Positions 48,282 through 58,071 of a stretch of 64,000 bases of DNA are shown piece by piece. The notes below the pieces were generated by a model. It was not told the origin of the DNA and did not search any database. It saw only the letters and a program-made list of their open reading frames with translations. The DNA lies in the NCBI GenBank assembly GCA_020351775.1, contig CP070666.1:4723138-4787137 (forward strand). The letters run 5' to 3'. The translations under genes were made by a program, and so were the position numbers. This DNA is from Gemmatimonadota bacterium. GTDB lineage: Bacteria; Gemmatimonadota; Gemmatimonadetes; Gemmatimonadales; GWC2-71-9. Within the stretch, counting starts at the first letter, position 1. Every line of letters starts with the position of its first letter.

Positions 48282-49004
48282 ATGTTTAACCGACTCCTTC
48301 TCCTGAGCACCTCCACTGTTCATGGCAGCGGATATCTCGACTACTGCGCTGATCACGTTGCCGCGTTCCTGCAATCGATCCCGCAGGTGCTCTTCATCCC
48401 CTACGCCAGACCGAGCGGAATCAGCCATGCGGAGTACACCAAGAAGACACGGGAACGGTTTGCCCTGATAGGAGTGGAACTGACCGGAATCGACACGGCT
48501 GCAGACGCCCGCTCTGCGGTCCGGGACGCGGCGGCGCTGTTCATCGGCGGCGGGAATACGTTCTTGTTGCTCAAGGATCTGTACGCCGCCGGGCTCCCCG
48601 GCGTCATCCGGCAGCGTGTTGCTGCCGGCATGCCCTATGTGGGTTCCAGTGCCGGCTCCAACGTTGCCGGTCTCACTATCGGTACCACCAACGACATGCC
48701 GATCGTGTTCCCGCCCAGCTTCGACGCCCTTGGCCTAGTCCCGTTCAACATCAATCCGCATTACGTCGATCCCGATCCCGAGTCGACTCACAAAGGAGAG
48801 ACGCGAGAAACTCGCATCAACGAGTTCCACACGCTCAACCGTCAGCCTGTGGTCGCCTTGCGCGAAGGGGCGTGGCTCCGTGTAGACGCGGACACCATTC
48901 GTCTCGAAGGAACCTCCGGCGCACGGTTGTTCCGGCAGGGCGTGGCACCTGCGGAGTTCGAAACCGGCGCTCGGCTCGATTTCCTGCTCGAGGAGCGTCA
49001 ATGA
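48282..49004 (+). CDS. pepE: Dipeptidase E (peptidase S51)
   Basis: LFIPYARP, FIGGGNTF, GSSAGSNV, TTNDMPIV, INPHY, GETRETRI. Confidence 0.93.
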   Translation: MFNRLLLLSTSTVHGSGYLDYCADHVAAFLQSIPQVLFIPYARPSGISHAEYTKKTRERFALIGVELTGIDTAADARSAVRDAAALFIGGGNTFLLLKDLYAAGLPGVIRQRVAAGMPYVGSSAGSNVAGLTIGTTNDMPIVFPPSFDALGLVPFNINPHYVDPDPESTHKGETRETRINEFHTLNRQPVVALREGAWLRVDADTIRLEGTSGARLFRQGVAPAEFETGARLDFLLEERQ

Positions 49005-50047
49005 GACTCACACTTGTCGTACTGGCAGCCGGAATCTCGAGCCGCTACGGCGCACTGAAGCAGACGGAGCCTGTGGGGCCGAGCGGCGAAACCCTGATGG
49101 ACTACGCCGTGTTCGACGCCATGCGAGCCGGATTCTCCAAGGTCGTGTTCATCATCCGTGAGGAGATCGAACCGCAAATACGGGCGCACGTTGAGCCGCG
49201 CTTCGCTGCCGCCATCCAAATCGCCTTTAGGTGTCAATCATTGCACGACGTGCCTCCCGGATACACGACGCCTCCGACCCGCCGTAAACCCTGGGGAACG
49301 GCCCACGCCGTCCTCGCCGCCGCGCAGGACATCGATGGCCCGTTCGCGGTCTGCAATGCGGATGACTACTACGGCGCATCGGCATATCGCAAGCTGTCCG
49401 AGCACTTCACTACGGCCGACAGCCAGCTCCACGGCTTCGTCGAAGAGCAGACTCAGCAGCTGCAGGGCGATACGGCAGATCTTCAGGCCAACAAATCTGG
49501 AACCCCGAGTATCGCGGGGGTCGGTCGTCACTCATTGCACGAGGACGTTCCTCACGTCCTCATCGGATACCGGCTGCGCGAAACCCTCTCGGAGTTCGGC
49601 GGTGTGTCTCGCGCGATCTGCAGGTCTGACCCGGCTGGATACCTGGAGCAGTTGGTCGAAGTCAAGCAGATAGAGGAACACCGAGGACTGCTGGCCGGAG
49701 TCACGGAATCCGGCGAGCGGATTGAGTTGAGTGGCGGTGAGACCGTTTCCATGAACTTGTGGGGTTTCACAGCCGCTGTGCTGCCGGTCCTGCGGGCACA
49801 GTTCGAGGAGTTCCTCGAAGCCCACGGGGCCAGCGCCGACAAGGAATTCCTCATACCCACCGCACTCAATCAACAGATTGCACGAAACCAGGCTCGGCTT
49901 AGAGTACTGGAAGCTCAAGAGACGTGGATCGGCATGACGTTCACCCGGGATAGATCGCAAGTAGCGCAGCACATAGGTGAATTGGTACGCCAGGGCTGTT
50001 ATCCTAAGAGTCTCGCAACAGAGTTGCGGGATTCACAACAACCGTGA
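49001..50047 (+). CDS. Sugar-phosphate nucleotidyltransferase family protein
   Basis: ATGA overlap with pepE; LVVLAAGISSRYGALKQ, KPWGTAHA, NADDYYG, SMNLWGF, EFLIP. Confidence 0.85.
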   Translation: MRLTLVVLAAGISSRYGALKQTEPVGPSGETLMDYAVFDAMRAGFSKVVFIIREEIEPQIRAHVEPRFAAAIQIAFRCQSLHDVPPGYTTPPTRRKPWGTAHAVLAAAQDIDGPFAVCNADDYYGASAYRKLSEHFTTADSQLHGFVEEQTQQLQGDTADLQANKSGTPSIAGVGRHSLHEDVPHVLIGYRLRETLSEFGGVSRAICRSDPAGYLEQLVEVKQIEEHRGLLAGVTESGERIELSGGETVSMNLWGFTAAVLPVLRAQFEEFLEAHGASADKEFLIPTALNQQIARNQARLRVLEAQETWIGMTFTRDRSQVAQHIGELVRQGCYPKSLATELRDSQQP

Positions 50048-51826
50048 GTGTCCGATCACATGCAACTAACGTTCATTGACTGGACCGTTGTCTTCGTCTA
50101 CGGAGTGCTCGCTCTGGCGGTAGGGATCGTCTTCGCAAGACGCGCCGGCAAAGGCACCCATGAGTTCTTCCTCTCTGGTCGCAAGCTACCATGGTGGTTA
50201 CTCGGTACCTCGATGGTAGCCACCACGTTCTCCACCGACACACCCAATCTCGTGACCGACCTTGTTCGCACAGGCGGAGTCAGCCAGAACTGGATGTGGT
50301 GGGCGTTCCTGATCACTGGAATGTGCACGGTGTTCTTCTATGCCAAGCTGTGGCGCCGATCCGGAGCTCTCACGGATATTGGGTTCTACGAGTTGCGTTA
50401 CTCTGGAGGCCCGGCCGCCTTCCTCCGTGGATTCAGAGCCCTGTACCTGGGAGTCTTCTTCAACGTCATGATCATGGCAACAGTATCACTTGCTGCCATC
50501 AAGATCTCCGGAGTGCTGCTCGGCATCGACAAGTATACTACCGTTCTGATTGCAGGAACCGTGACCGTTGTCTACTCTGCGACTGCGGGACTCTGGGGAG
50601 TGGTCGTCACGGACCTGTTGTTGTTCGTCATTGCGATGATCGGGTCTTTCGCGGCCGCCTACTTCGCACTGCAACAGCCGGAAGTAGGGGGCCTTGCGGG
50701 AATGGTGTCCAATCCGGCTCTTGCGGATAAGCTGTCGTTGTTGCCCGACTTTTCTGACTGGACAACGGTGCTACCCGTCCTCGTCATCCCCATTGCTGTT
50801 CAGTGGTGGAGCACATGGTATCCGGGTGCAGAGCCGGGCGGTGGCGGTTACGTGGCACAGCGCATGCTGGCGGCACGCAATGAGAATGAATCAATGCGCT
50901 CCACCCTTTGGTTCAACATCGCGCACTATGCCCTCAGGCCGTGGCCGTGGATAATCGTCGCGTTGTGCTCCCTGATCGTATATCCTAGCCTCGATTCAAT
51001 CACCATGCGGTTCCCCGGCCTCGATCCGTCTATCGTGCGACACGATCTCGCCTATCCGGCAATGCTGGTCTTCCTGCCGCACGGACTGCTGGGCCTCGTG
51101 GTAGCATCCCTGGCAGCCGCGTACATGTCCACGATCAGCACGCACTTGAACTGGGGTGCCTCCTATATAGTAGATGACTTCTACCGTCGCTTCATAGCAC
51201 GCGATAGCAGCGAAAAGCACTATGTCGCCGTGGGTCGCGCTGCGACAGTTCTGTTGATCATCCTTGCATGCGTCATCGCCCTCTGGCTCGAAAACGCAAT
51301 GCAGGCCTTTCAGATCCTGCTACAGATAGGTGCCGGCACCGGACTGATCTTCTTGCTGCGCTGGTTCTGGTGGCGGATCAATGCCTGGAGCGAGATCTCG
51401 GCGATGGTCATCTCATTCGCAGTAGCTGTCTACTTTCAGTTCATACATGAGGCAATCGGATTCGCTCCCATTCATCCCTCACTCATGCTAGTGATTGGTG
51501 TTGCCGTTACCTCCGTAACATGGCTCACGGTGACGCTCTTGACTCCACCCACACAAGCCGACACGCTGCAGCAGTTCTATGACAAGATCCGTCCCATGGG
51601 ACGAGGTTGGGGCAAGGTTGTGCAAGTCACACGCAGTTCAGAGAGTGAGAGTGCCAGTGCGGCTTTCCTCTGCTGGTTCCTGGGCTGCCTCGTGGTGTAC
51701 GGAGTGCTGTTCGGAACCGGCTATTTCATCTATGGCGCGGTTACATGGGGATTGCTCTGTGCCGTGATCGTTGTCACCGCTGCGTTCGGTTTGTTCAACA
51801 CGTTGCCCAAGGTGGGGTTCGAGTAG
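50048..51826 (+). CDS. Sodium:solute symporter (SSS) family transporter
   Basis: FFLSGRKLPWW, ATTFSTDT, QRMLAAR, LAAAYMSTISTHLN; many TM segments. Confidence 0.9.
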   Translation: MSDHMQLTFIDWTVVFVYGVLALAVGIVFARRAGKGTHEFFLSGRKLPWWLLGTSMVATTFSTDTPNLVTDLVRTGGVSQNWMWWAFLITGMCTVFFYAKLWRRSGALTDIGFYELRYSGGPAAFLRGFRALYLGVFFNVMIMATVSLAAIKISGVLLGIDKYTTVLIAGTVTVVYSATAGLWGVVVTDLLLFVIAMIGSFAAAYFALQQPEVGGLAGMVSNPALADKLSLLPDFSDWTTVLPVLVIPIAVQWWSTWYPGAEPGGGGYVAQRMLAARNENESMRSTLWFNIAHYALRPWPWIIVALCSLIVYPSLDSITMRFPGLDPSIVRHDLAYPAMLVFLPHGLLGLVVASLAAAYMSTISTHLNWGASYIVDDFYRRFIARDSSEKHYVAVGRAATVLLIILACVIALWLENAMQAFQILLQIGAGTGLIFLLRWFWWRINAWSEISAMVISFAVAVYFQFIHEAIGFAPIHPSLMLVIGVAVTSVTWLTVTLLTPPTQADTLQQFYDKIRPMGRGWGKVVQVTRSSESESASAAFLCWFLGCLVVYGVLFGTGYFIYGAVTWGLLCAVIVVTAAFGLFNTLPKVGFE

Positions 51827-51874
51827 AATCCCTCGTGGCCGCCTGCTTTGAGGTCACCCGACGAGGCGCCAGCA

Positions 51875-53083
51875 TCACAGCTCAACTACGGAGGCTCCTC
51901 CTGACGGCTGCGCGACGAACAGTGAGTCGCCCAGCTCACCCTCGCAACCTGCAGCAATGTAGTACTCTCGCTCCAACCGGTGGAGTACCCGTTCTACCTC
52001 CGTGGCTGGGCTGAGCGCGACGACACAGCCGCCGAATCCGGCACCTGTCAGTCGGGCTCCAGCTACGCCGGCACCGAGGGCGACGGCCGTCAGCTGGTCC
52101 AGTGCCGCGCAGCTGACGGCGAAATCGTCACGCAGGCTCTGATGCGACAGATTCATCAGCTTGCCGAATCCGGCAATATCATCGGCCTTTAGTGCCACTT
52201 CGGCCGAGGTCACCCGCGTGGCCTCGGTAACCACGTGACGAAAGCGGGGGAACAGGGATTCTTCCAGCACACCCTCCGCAGCAGCGAGCAGGTCGGCCAC
52301 GGGCATACCCGACATCAAACCGGGATATGAGACTGCCTCCCCCAGCCCTAACGCCGTCGCTACGCGCCGCAACGCCTCCTCGCATTCACGGGTCCTCTGG
52401 TTGTAGACCCGCCGCGTTGCACCGGATTTCTCCGCTCGGATGCCGCTGAAGGCCACAATGAACCGCCATCCGTTGGGAATTGGTATCGGCGTAAGTCGCA
52501 GTGGATTGAAATCGATTCTGCTCGCAGACCCAGGCTGCGCCCCGAGGCAGATAGCCTGATCCATACCACCGCCTCGAGTCCCCACATATCGCTCCGCCTC
52601 GGCAATCAACTCCATCAGCTGCGCTGCTCCAATGGCCACGTCGTTCAGGTCCACAATCATCAGCGCCACCGCCATTACCAGGGCAGACGACGAACTCAAA
52701 CCAGCCGCGATCGGGATATCGGACGACACCACCGCATCGAAGCCCGCCAGTGGCCCATAACGCTGAGCCAACGCCTGGCCAGCAGCCTTGGCGTAGTTGC
52801 CCCAGTCGCCCCCAGGGAACGGATCTATGTCACCGGTCAGCTCGAAGCTGCGTGGTGGGAAGCGAGGATCAGTGTTCGCGATGCAAATCTCACCATCCTT
52901 GCGTAACCGCGATACCAGTGTGAGTCCTCGCTGGATGGCCATGGGGACCACGGGGAGCCCATTGTAGTCGGTATGATCGCCCATGAGGTTCACCCGGCCA
53001 GGAGCACGCACCATGTGCGTGAAGCTGGATCCACCAAACTGCTCTGCAAATGCGGCCTGCAACTGTGTGTCGGGACGGGTCAT
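51875..53083 (-). CDS. galK: Galactokinase-family (GHMP) sugar kinase
   Basis: APGRVNLMGDHTDYNG, PIAAGLSSSSA, GGMDQ, GARLTGAGFGGC. Confidence 0.88.
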   Translation of the reverse strand: MTRPDTQLQAAFAEQFGGSSFTHMVRAPGRVNLMGDHTDYNGLPVVPMAIQRGLTLVSRLRKDGEICIANTDPRFPPRSFELTGDIDPFPGGDWGNYAKAAGQALAQRYGPLAGFDAVVSSDIPIAAGLSSSSALVMAVALMIVDLNDVAIGAAQLMELIAEAERYVGTRGGGMDQAICLGAQPGSASRIDFNPLRLTPIPIPNGWRFIVAFSGIRAEKSGATRRVYNQRTRECEEALRRVATALGLGEAVSYPGLMSGMPVADLLAAAEGVLEESLFPRFRHVVTEATRVTSAEVALKADDIAGFGKLMNLSHQSLRDDFAVSCAALDQLTAVALGAGVAGARLTGAGFGGCVVALSPATEVERVLHRLEREYYIAAGCEGELGDSLFVAQPSGGASVVEL

Positions 53084-53248
53084 TACCGATGGTGGCTCAG
53101 ATCATTGGAGCGAGGCGGCCGCGAATATGATGGGCAAAACCCCCGAGTACCGCAACCATTCTACGGGGCTGCTGATCCGGCTCACCGCACCCGGCCGGCT
53201 GATTTGCTCAGATTAAGAGGAAGGTCAGAAGCATCGTCACAATACGCC

Positions 53249-53272
53249 AACCCCGGGCTCAGGCCCGGGGTT
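53249..53272 (-). terminator. Perfect inverted repeat after the TPR lipoprotein gene
   Basis: AACCCCGGGC-TCAG-GCCCGGGGTT, about 30 nt beyond the stop at 53302. Confidence 0.55.
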
Positions 53273-53301
53273 AGCTCGCGGCCGGCTCATCTGCTCTTGG
53301 C

Positions 53302-54477
53302 CTATCCTTCGCGCCCCCCACGGCCAGTGGTGTCCGGCTTGACCTTGGTCGAGTCCCGTCTCACTGCCGTGGTATCCTGCCTGCTCGCGACCCCCGAATC
53401 TTGCTGTGGTGTGTCGTCGACGGGTTGCAGTAGCTCCTCCAGCGGCGCCTGCGGCAGCTCAACCCCAGTTGGCTCCTCGTCGAGCGGAGGGACTTTGGCA
53501 ACGGGCGGATACCAACCCTCCATCTCCGTCACGAACTGCCGTGCCAGTGCCGTCAGGTTGACAGGCACGGTCGTGGGATCCTCCTCGAGCCGCGTTACCC
53601 GAGCCAGACTGACGGATGCCTTCTCGTACCCATCGTCTTGCTCCAGCGCGGCTGCATATGCCTCGGCCGCAGCAGTGAAGTGGCCGGTCCGCTCCAATGC
53701 GACGCCAAGATTGTTGTGGAACACCGCTACATCGCTGCGCAGCTCGGTGGCCCGCGCCAGCGGATACAGGGCCTCCTCGAACAACCCCTGCCTGATGAGC
53801 GCCAGGCCAAGATTGTTCATCGACCAGGAATCTTCCGCGTTAACCGATATCGCTTCCCGGAATGAGTCGATCGCATCATCGTCTCGACCTAAATCCAGGT
53901 AGGCTATACCCCGCAGCCGGTAGCCCGCATCCGAGGCCGGATCGATGTCCAAGGCGACCTCTAGTTGCGCGAGCGCCTCCGCGGTCCGCTCGGTCTCGAG
54001 CAAAACACGGCTAAGGTTGTGCATGCTCTTTACGTGATTGGGGTCCAGTTCCAGGGCCCGGTTGAAGGCTGCTTCGGACCGCTCCAGGAAACCGGCCTTC
54101 AAGGCTGACAGGCCAAGCATGTACTGCCCCCAAGCGTTGTCGCCTTCGCGCTCAATGTAGGCCGTGAACATGTCGACTGCATCCACGTAGCGTCGCTCGA
54201 AGTAGGCGGCCTCCGCCTCCTGGTACGTGACGGCTGCGGGATCGAACTGCGGGACGTCGGCCGGCTCCGGTGGCTCAGGCTGCTCGACCGGCGGGGCAAC
54301 CCAAGACGCCGGTTGCACGGCTTCTCTTCTGGGAGTCTCCTGCACCGCCGGCTCGCTGCGGTCGCCGATCGGTATGTCGCAGCCCAGACCGAAAATGGCC
54401 AGTCCCAGCAGTACGGCGACAGCAAGCCGTCCCGTCCGCTCCTGCAACCTGGACTCGGGATTGAATGTGAAAGACAT
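53302..54477 (-). CDS. TPR-repeat lipoprotein
   Basis: GAGGAGG SD; lipobox FGLGC; Pro-rich linker; about 6 TPR units (e.g. WSMNNLGLALIRQG, FHNNLGVALERTG). Confidence 0.85.
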   Translation of the reverse strand: MSFTFNPESRLQERTGRLAVAVLLGLAIFGLGCDIPIGDRSEPAVQETPRREAVQPASWVAPPVEQPEPPEPADVPQFDPAAVTYQEAEAAYFERRYVDAVDMFTAYIEREGDNAWGQYMLGLSALKAGFLERSEAAFNRALELDPNHVKSMHNLSRVLLETERTAEALAQLEVALDIDPASDAGYRLRGIAYLDLGRDDDAIDSFREAISVNAEDSWSMNNLGLALIRQGLFEEALYPLARATELRSDVAVFHNNLGVALERTGHFTAAAEAYAAALEQDDGYEKASVSLARVTRLEEDPTTVPVNLTALARQFVTEMEGWYPPVAKVPPLDEEPTGVELPQAPLEELLQPVDDTPQQDSGVASRQDTTAVRRDSTKVKPDTTGRGGREG

Positions 54478-54540
54478 CGTGAACCTCCTCGGCTGTGCGC
54501 CACTACCAAGCGCTGGTGATCAGTTGTCACCAGCACCAAA

Positions 54541-54556
54541 GGCAAGCGCGCTGCCA
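54541..54556 (-). promoter_or_regulatory. Sigma54 (-24/-12) promoter of the TPR lipoprotein gene
   Basis: Minus strand TGGCAGCGCGCTTGCC = GG-N10-GC with TGGCA and TTGC cores, about 65 nt upstream of ATG 54477. Confidence 0.7.
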
Positions 54557-54652
54557 GCCGGCGAGGTTCCAGCCTGAACCTCCTAAAACCATGTTGGATA
54601 ATAGGTTACAGCGAAAGACCCTAGCCCGGCCGAGCACCGTGACGGGTGTCAT

Positions 54653-54701
54653 GTGTCCAATTGGACACCTAGATCCACACGGCATGTGTCCACTCGGACA
54701 C
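54653..54701. promoter_or_regulatory. Tandem palindromic enhancer (UAS) for a sigma54 activator
   Basis: GTGTCCAATTGGACAC (54653-54668) and GTGTCCACTCGGACAC (54686-54701), 33 bp apart, 100-145 bp upstream of the -24 element. Confidence 0.7.
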
Positions 54702-54773
54702 GCGCATCTGCCCCCCACCCTCTCAGTCTCGCTCGACTCGGCCACACCGCCCAGCCCTAGCTCCGGAGCTGTA

Positions 54774-56165
54774 CTACTCTCCCCGTCTCTCAATCCCATG
54801 CCGTCTCATGATCTTCAGCAGACTGGAGTGATCAGCAAGACCAAGAGCCTTGGCTGTACGCGTGACGTGCCAACCGTTCCGCTCCAGCGCTGCGACTACG
54901 ATCTTCCGCTCCGCTTCGGCTTTCTGCTGCTGGAACGTCACAGCAACAGCATCAGAGGCTCCCACGGTATGATCGGCACTACGGATCTCGGGGGGTATGT
55001 CCGCTAGTTCGATGCTGTCTCCGTCGGATGCAATGATCATCCGCTCGACGATGTTGCGCAGCTCGCGCACGTTGTTGCGACTCCAACGGTAGGCCATCAG
55101 GACTTCGATCACGTCGCCAGCGATGCCCTTTTGCCGCACTCCGAATCGTCGGCATGTCGAAGCCAGGAAATGGCGGATCAATTCCGGTAGGTCCGACATC
55201 CGGTCACGCAGGGGCGGCACCTGTAGCACGTGAACGTTGAGCCTGTAGTAGAGGTCACTCCGGAAGCGATCGCCCTCCACTTCCTGCTCAAGATTGCGGT
55301 TGGTGGCTGCTATGACCCGAGCCTTGACAGTGATCAGCCGGCTACCGCCGACGCGCGTGATCTCTCGCTGTTCCAGCACTCGCAGCAACTTGGCCTGCAC
55401 CTGAGGTGTAAGCTCACCCACCTCATCGAGGAACAACGTACCCGATCCTGCTGCCTCGAACGCACCCTTGCGAGTGCTGCTCGCTCCGGTGAAGGCCCCG
55501 CGTTCGTGGCCAAATAACTCGCTCTCGACCAAGCTCTCGGGCAGTGCCGCCGAGTTGATGGCAACGAATGGCAACTCGCCAGCTCGCCTGTCGCTGACGT
55601 TTGCATTCTGCCACAATCGGTGGAGCTCACGAGCCACAAGCTCCTTTCCCGAACCGCTTTCGCCAACGATTAGCACCGGGCTCGGTATCGGGGCGATCCG
55701 CTCGATCATATCGCGGAGCTGTTGCATGGCGGGGCTGTCGCCCAGCAACGCAGACTCGGATCCCAGGCTCCTCCTCAGAGACCTGACTTCTATGGTCAGG
55801 CGCCTCCGCTCCAACGAGTTCTCGATCTCTTGCACCACGCGTTCCATCGACTCGGTCTTATCGATGAAGCCGTAGGCGCCCAGCCGGACAGCTTGTACGC
55901 AGCGGTCGTAGTTGCCGGTACCCGTGTAGACAATCACGGGGATGTCACTGCCACGTTCCCTCAGCCTGCGCAACACATCGAAACCATCCACTCCCGGCAT
56001 CTCCAAGTCGAGGATCACACAGTCGATAGGCTCGCGCTCCAGCAGGTCCAGACCCACCACGCCACTGGTGGCCACCAGTGTCTCGTACCCGCCGATTCTC
56101 TTCAGATCGTAAGAGTACTGATCGGCCATGGCGGGCACGTCGTCGACCACGAGGATGAGGGTCAT
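54774..56165 (-). CDS. Sigma54-dependent (NtrC-type) response regulator
   Basis: Receiver LVVDD/ILDLEMP, Walker A GESGSGKE, ESELFGHERGAFTGA, LFLDEVGEL, DLYYRLNV, Fis-type HTH. Confidence 0.95.
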   Translation of the reverse strand: MTLILVVDDVPAMADQYSYDLKRIGGYETLVATSGVVGLDLLEREPIDCVILDLEMPGVDGFDVLRRLRERGSDIPVIVYTGTGNYDRCVQAVRLGAYGFIDKTESMERVVQEIENSLERRRLTIEVRSLRRSLGSESALLGDSPAMQQLRDMIERIAPIPSPVLIVGESGSGKELVARELHRLWQNANVSDRRAGELPFVAINSAALPESLVESELFGHERGAFTGASSTRKGAFEAAGSGTLFLDEVGELTPQVQAKLLRVLEQREITRVGGSRLITVKARVIAATNRNLEQEVEGDRFRSDLYYRLNVHVLQVPPLRDRMSDLPELIRHFLASTCRRFGVRQKGIAGDVIEVLMAYRWSRNNVRELRNIVERMIIASDGDSIELADIPPEIRSADHTVGASDAVAVTFQQQKAEAERKIVVAALERNGWHVTRTAKALGLADHSSLLKIMRRHGIERRGE

Positions 56166-56268
56166 CACTGCTCTCTTGGACCACTGCTCACGCAGCTGCG
56201 CCCCTTGTGAAGGTATCGGTCCGTCCAGCCTGGGCTTCCCCTTATGCAACTCGCTTTGGCCAAACCAC

Positions 56269-58071
56269 TCATGATGCCGTGCCAGTCAGTGCCGGAAGTT
56301 CGACTGTGAACCTCGTCCCCACACCCGGCTCGCTCTCGACACGCAAAGTGCCGTTCATGTCCAACACCAGTCGCCGCACGACGGACAGACCCAACCCCGT
56401 TCCCCCGGGCTTGGTCGTGTAGAAGTCTTCGAACGCGCTGTTGAGCTGTCCCTCACTCATTCCCGGGCCCGTATCCACTACTACGATCTCCACGAAGCGC
56501 CCCGGGCGTCCCACAACCGTTCGAGACGACACCGTCACCGTTCCCGGCCCGGGCTGCACCGCTTCAATGGCATTGGCGAGCAGGTTCTCGATGATGCGGC
56601 GCAGTGCCACCGGGTCTCCTCTCACCACTGGGGCCCTTTCCTCCAAGTCCAGGCAGACATGCGGCGTAGCGCCGAGCCCTCGACACGACTGCCGCACGAC
56701 CTCGTTCACATCACACGGCTGAAGCTCAGCCTTGGGGTAGAGACGCGCATAGTTGGCAGCGAGGTTCTCGAGGTACGTGATGCTGGAATCGAGCGTGGCC
56801 TCCCGCTCACAGTACACGCTTGTGACCCGATGCGGGTCGTCGCGAGCCACCTGTTGTAGGTGACGCAGCACATTGCGGATCGGTATTAGGCCATTCTTGA
56901 TGTCGTGGTTGACTTGACGCGCGATTTCCCCAACCGCGGCACGCCGCTCGATTTCCTTCAATCGGGCCGCCGAGTTCCTCAGGCGATCGGTCATCGACCC
57001 GAGCAGCCGTGATAACGCTCCGATCTCGTCCTTGCGCTCGCTCTCGAAGCCCACATCCAATCGATCCAAGTCTAACTGTGACGTCTTGCTTGCGAGTTCG
57101 GCCAGCGGTCTACTCAGACGGGAAGACAGCCAGATCGCTAACACCAGGGCTGCTACTGCCGTCACGCCGATCGCCACTGCAAACCGGACATCGATGCTCC
57201 GCTGCAACTGATGCAGCCCCGAGAGCGGGTGAGTCACCAAGATCTTGGCCGTCTGGATCTGCCCGCCTGCGCGAGGCACAACGTAGGGAATCGCTATCTC
57301 GGTCACGATCTGATCGGACAGTGCCGGTGAAGCGGCAACTTGTGCTCCCTCTGATCTTCCCACTTCCTCCTCCTCCCCATCTTGTTCCCCCGATATCCGG
57401 CCGCTGCCCACACCATCGTCGATCAGCCTCTGCTCCAACTCTGGCTGAGAGGATAGTACACCACCGGGATAGACCAACGACGCTGCCAGCTCCTGATCAC
57501 CCGCCAGCCTCCGAAGGAATCCTCGCTCAACAGATCTGCCGCCTACGATCGTGAACCACCTGCCACCGACCAGAGCGGAATCGCTCAGCACCAGCGCCAG
57601 AAACGGCGCCGCAGCAGTGCGGGCACTGACCAGGGCAATCCCGACGAGGGAGTCACTCAACGCGGCAGGTAGTTCGGGCTCGAATCGATCGTACTCGTTG
57701 CGAAAATGACCCGAACTTATGATGCGACCACTATCGTCCTGGAGCTGAAGCATTGCCAGGCCGGTGGACCGCATCGCTCTACCGGCCAGCTCGAGCACGT
57801 ATTGCCTGCCGTCTGAGGCTCTGTGAAGCACGGCATTCCGAAACCGATTGTCCGCTTGGAGGTCCGCCGCCAAGCCGCCCAGCCGCGCCGCGATTTCATC
57901 GCTCTCCCTCGATAGCTCGGCTTCAATGAGTGAAGCCAGTGCTGCCACACGTCCTTGATACTGCTGCGTCAGGCGATTTCCCATGTTGCCGCGAATCCAG
58001 AGGCCCACCACGACGAGCGGGACAACCACCAGTGCTGCGAAAGCCACGAGCAAGCGAGTACGAAAGCTCAT
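56269..58071 (-). CDS. Membrane HAMP histidine kinase (NtrY-like)
   Basis: Two TMs, HAMP with DEIGAL, H-box VNHDIKNG, NLLANAIEA, DTGPGM, FYTTKPGGTGLGL. Confidence 0.9.
   Translation of the reverse strand: MSFRTRLLVAFAALVVVPLVVVGLWIRGNMGNRLTQQYQGRVAALASLIEAELSRESDEIAARLGGLAADLQADNRFRNAVLHRASDGRQYVLELAGRAMRSTGLAMLQLQDDSGRIISSGHFRNEYDRFEPELPAALSDSLVGIALVSARTAAAPFLALVLSDSALVGGRWFTIVGGRSVERGFLRRLAGDQELAASLVYPGGVLSSQPELEQRLIDDGVGSGRISGEQDGEEEEVGRSEGAQVAASPALSDQIVTEIAIPYVVPRAGGQIQTAKILVTHPLSGLHQLQRSIDVRFAVAIGVTAVAALVLAIWLSSRLSRPLAELASKTSQLDLDRLDVGFESERKDEIGALSRLLGSMTDRLRNSAARLKEIERRAAVGEIARQVNHDIKNGLIPIRNVLRHLQQVARDDPHRVTSVYCEREATLDSSITYLENLAANYARLYPKAELQPCDVNEVVRQSCRGLGATPHVCLDLEERAPVVRGDPVALRRIIENLLANAIEAVQPGPGTVTVSSRTVVGRPGRFVEIVVVDTGPGMSEGQLNSAFEDFYTTKPGGTGLGLSVVRRLVLDMNGTLRVESEPGVGTRFTVELPALTGTAS

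Noticed and set aside
52973-53902. Long antisense ORFs in the track (also 22252-23115, 38583-39455, 18483-19280, 34771-35559, 25624-26340)
   Set aside because: They shadow well-supported opposite-strand genes in GC-rich DNA and have no recognisable motifs.
54575-54610. IHF site between the enhancer and the sigma54 promoter
   Set aside because: The patch is AT-rich and correctly placed, but does not fit WATCAANNNNTTR well enough to call.
3915-56249. N-terminal extensions given by the ORF track (3915, 4663, 20125, 23938, 25105, 29322, 32658, 36021, 46465, 48872, 56249)
   Set aside because: Downstream ATGs have SD motifs, signal peptides or stop/start overlaps, so starts were moved.
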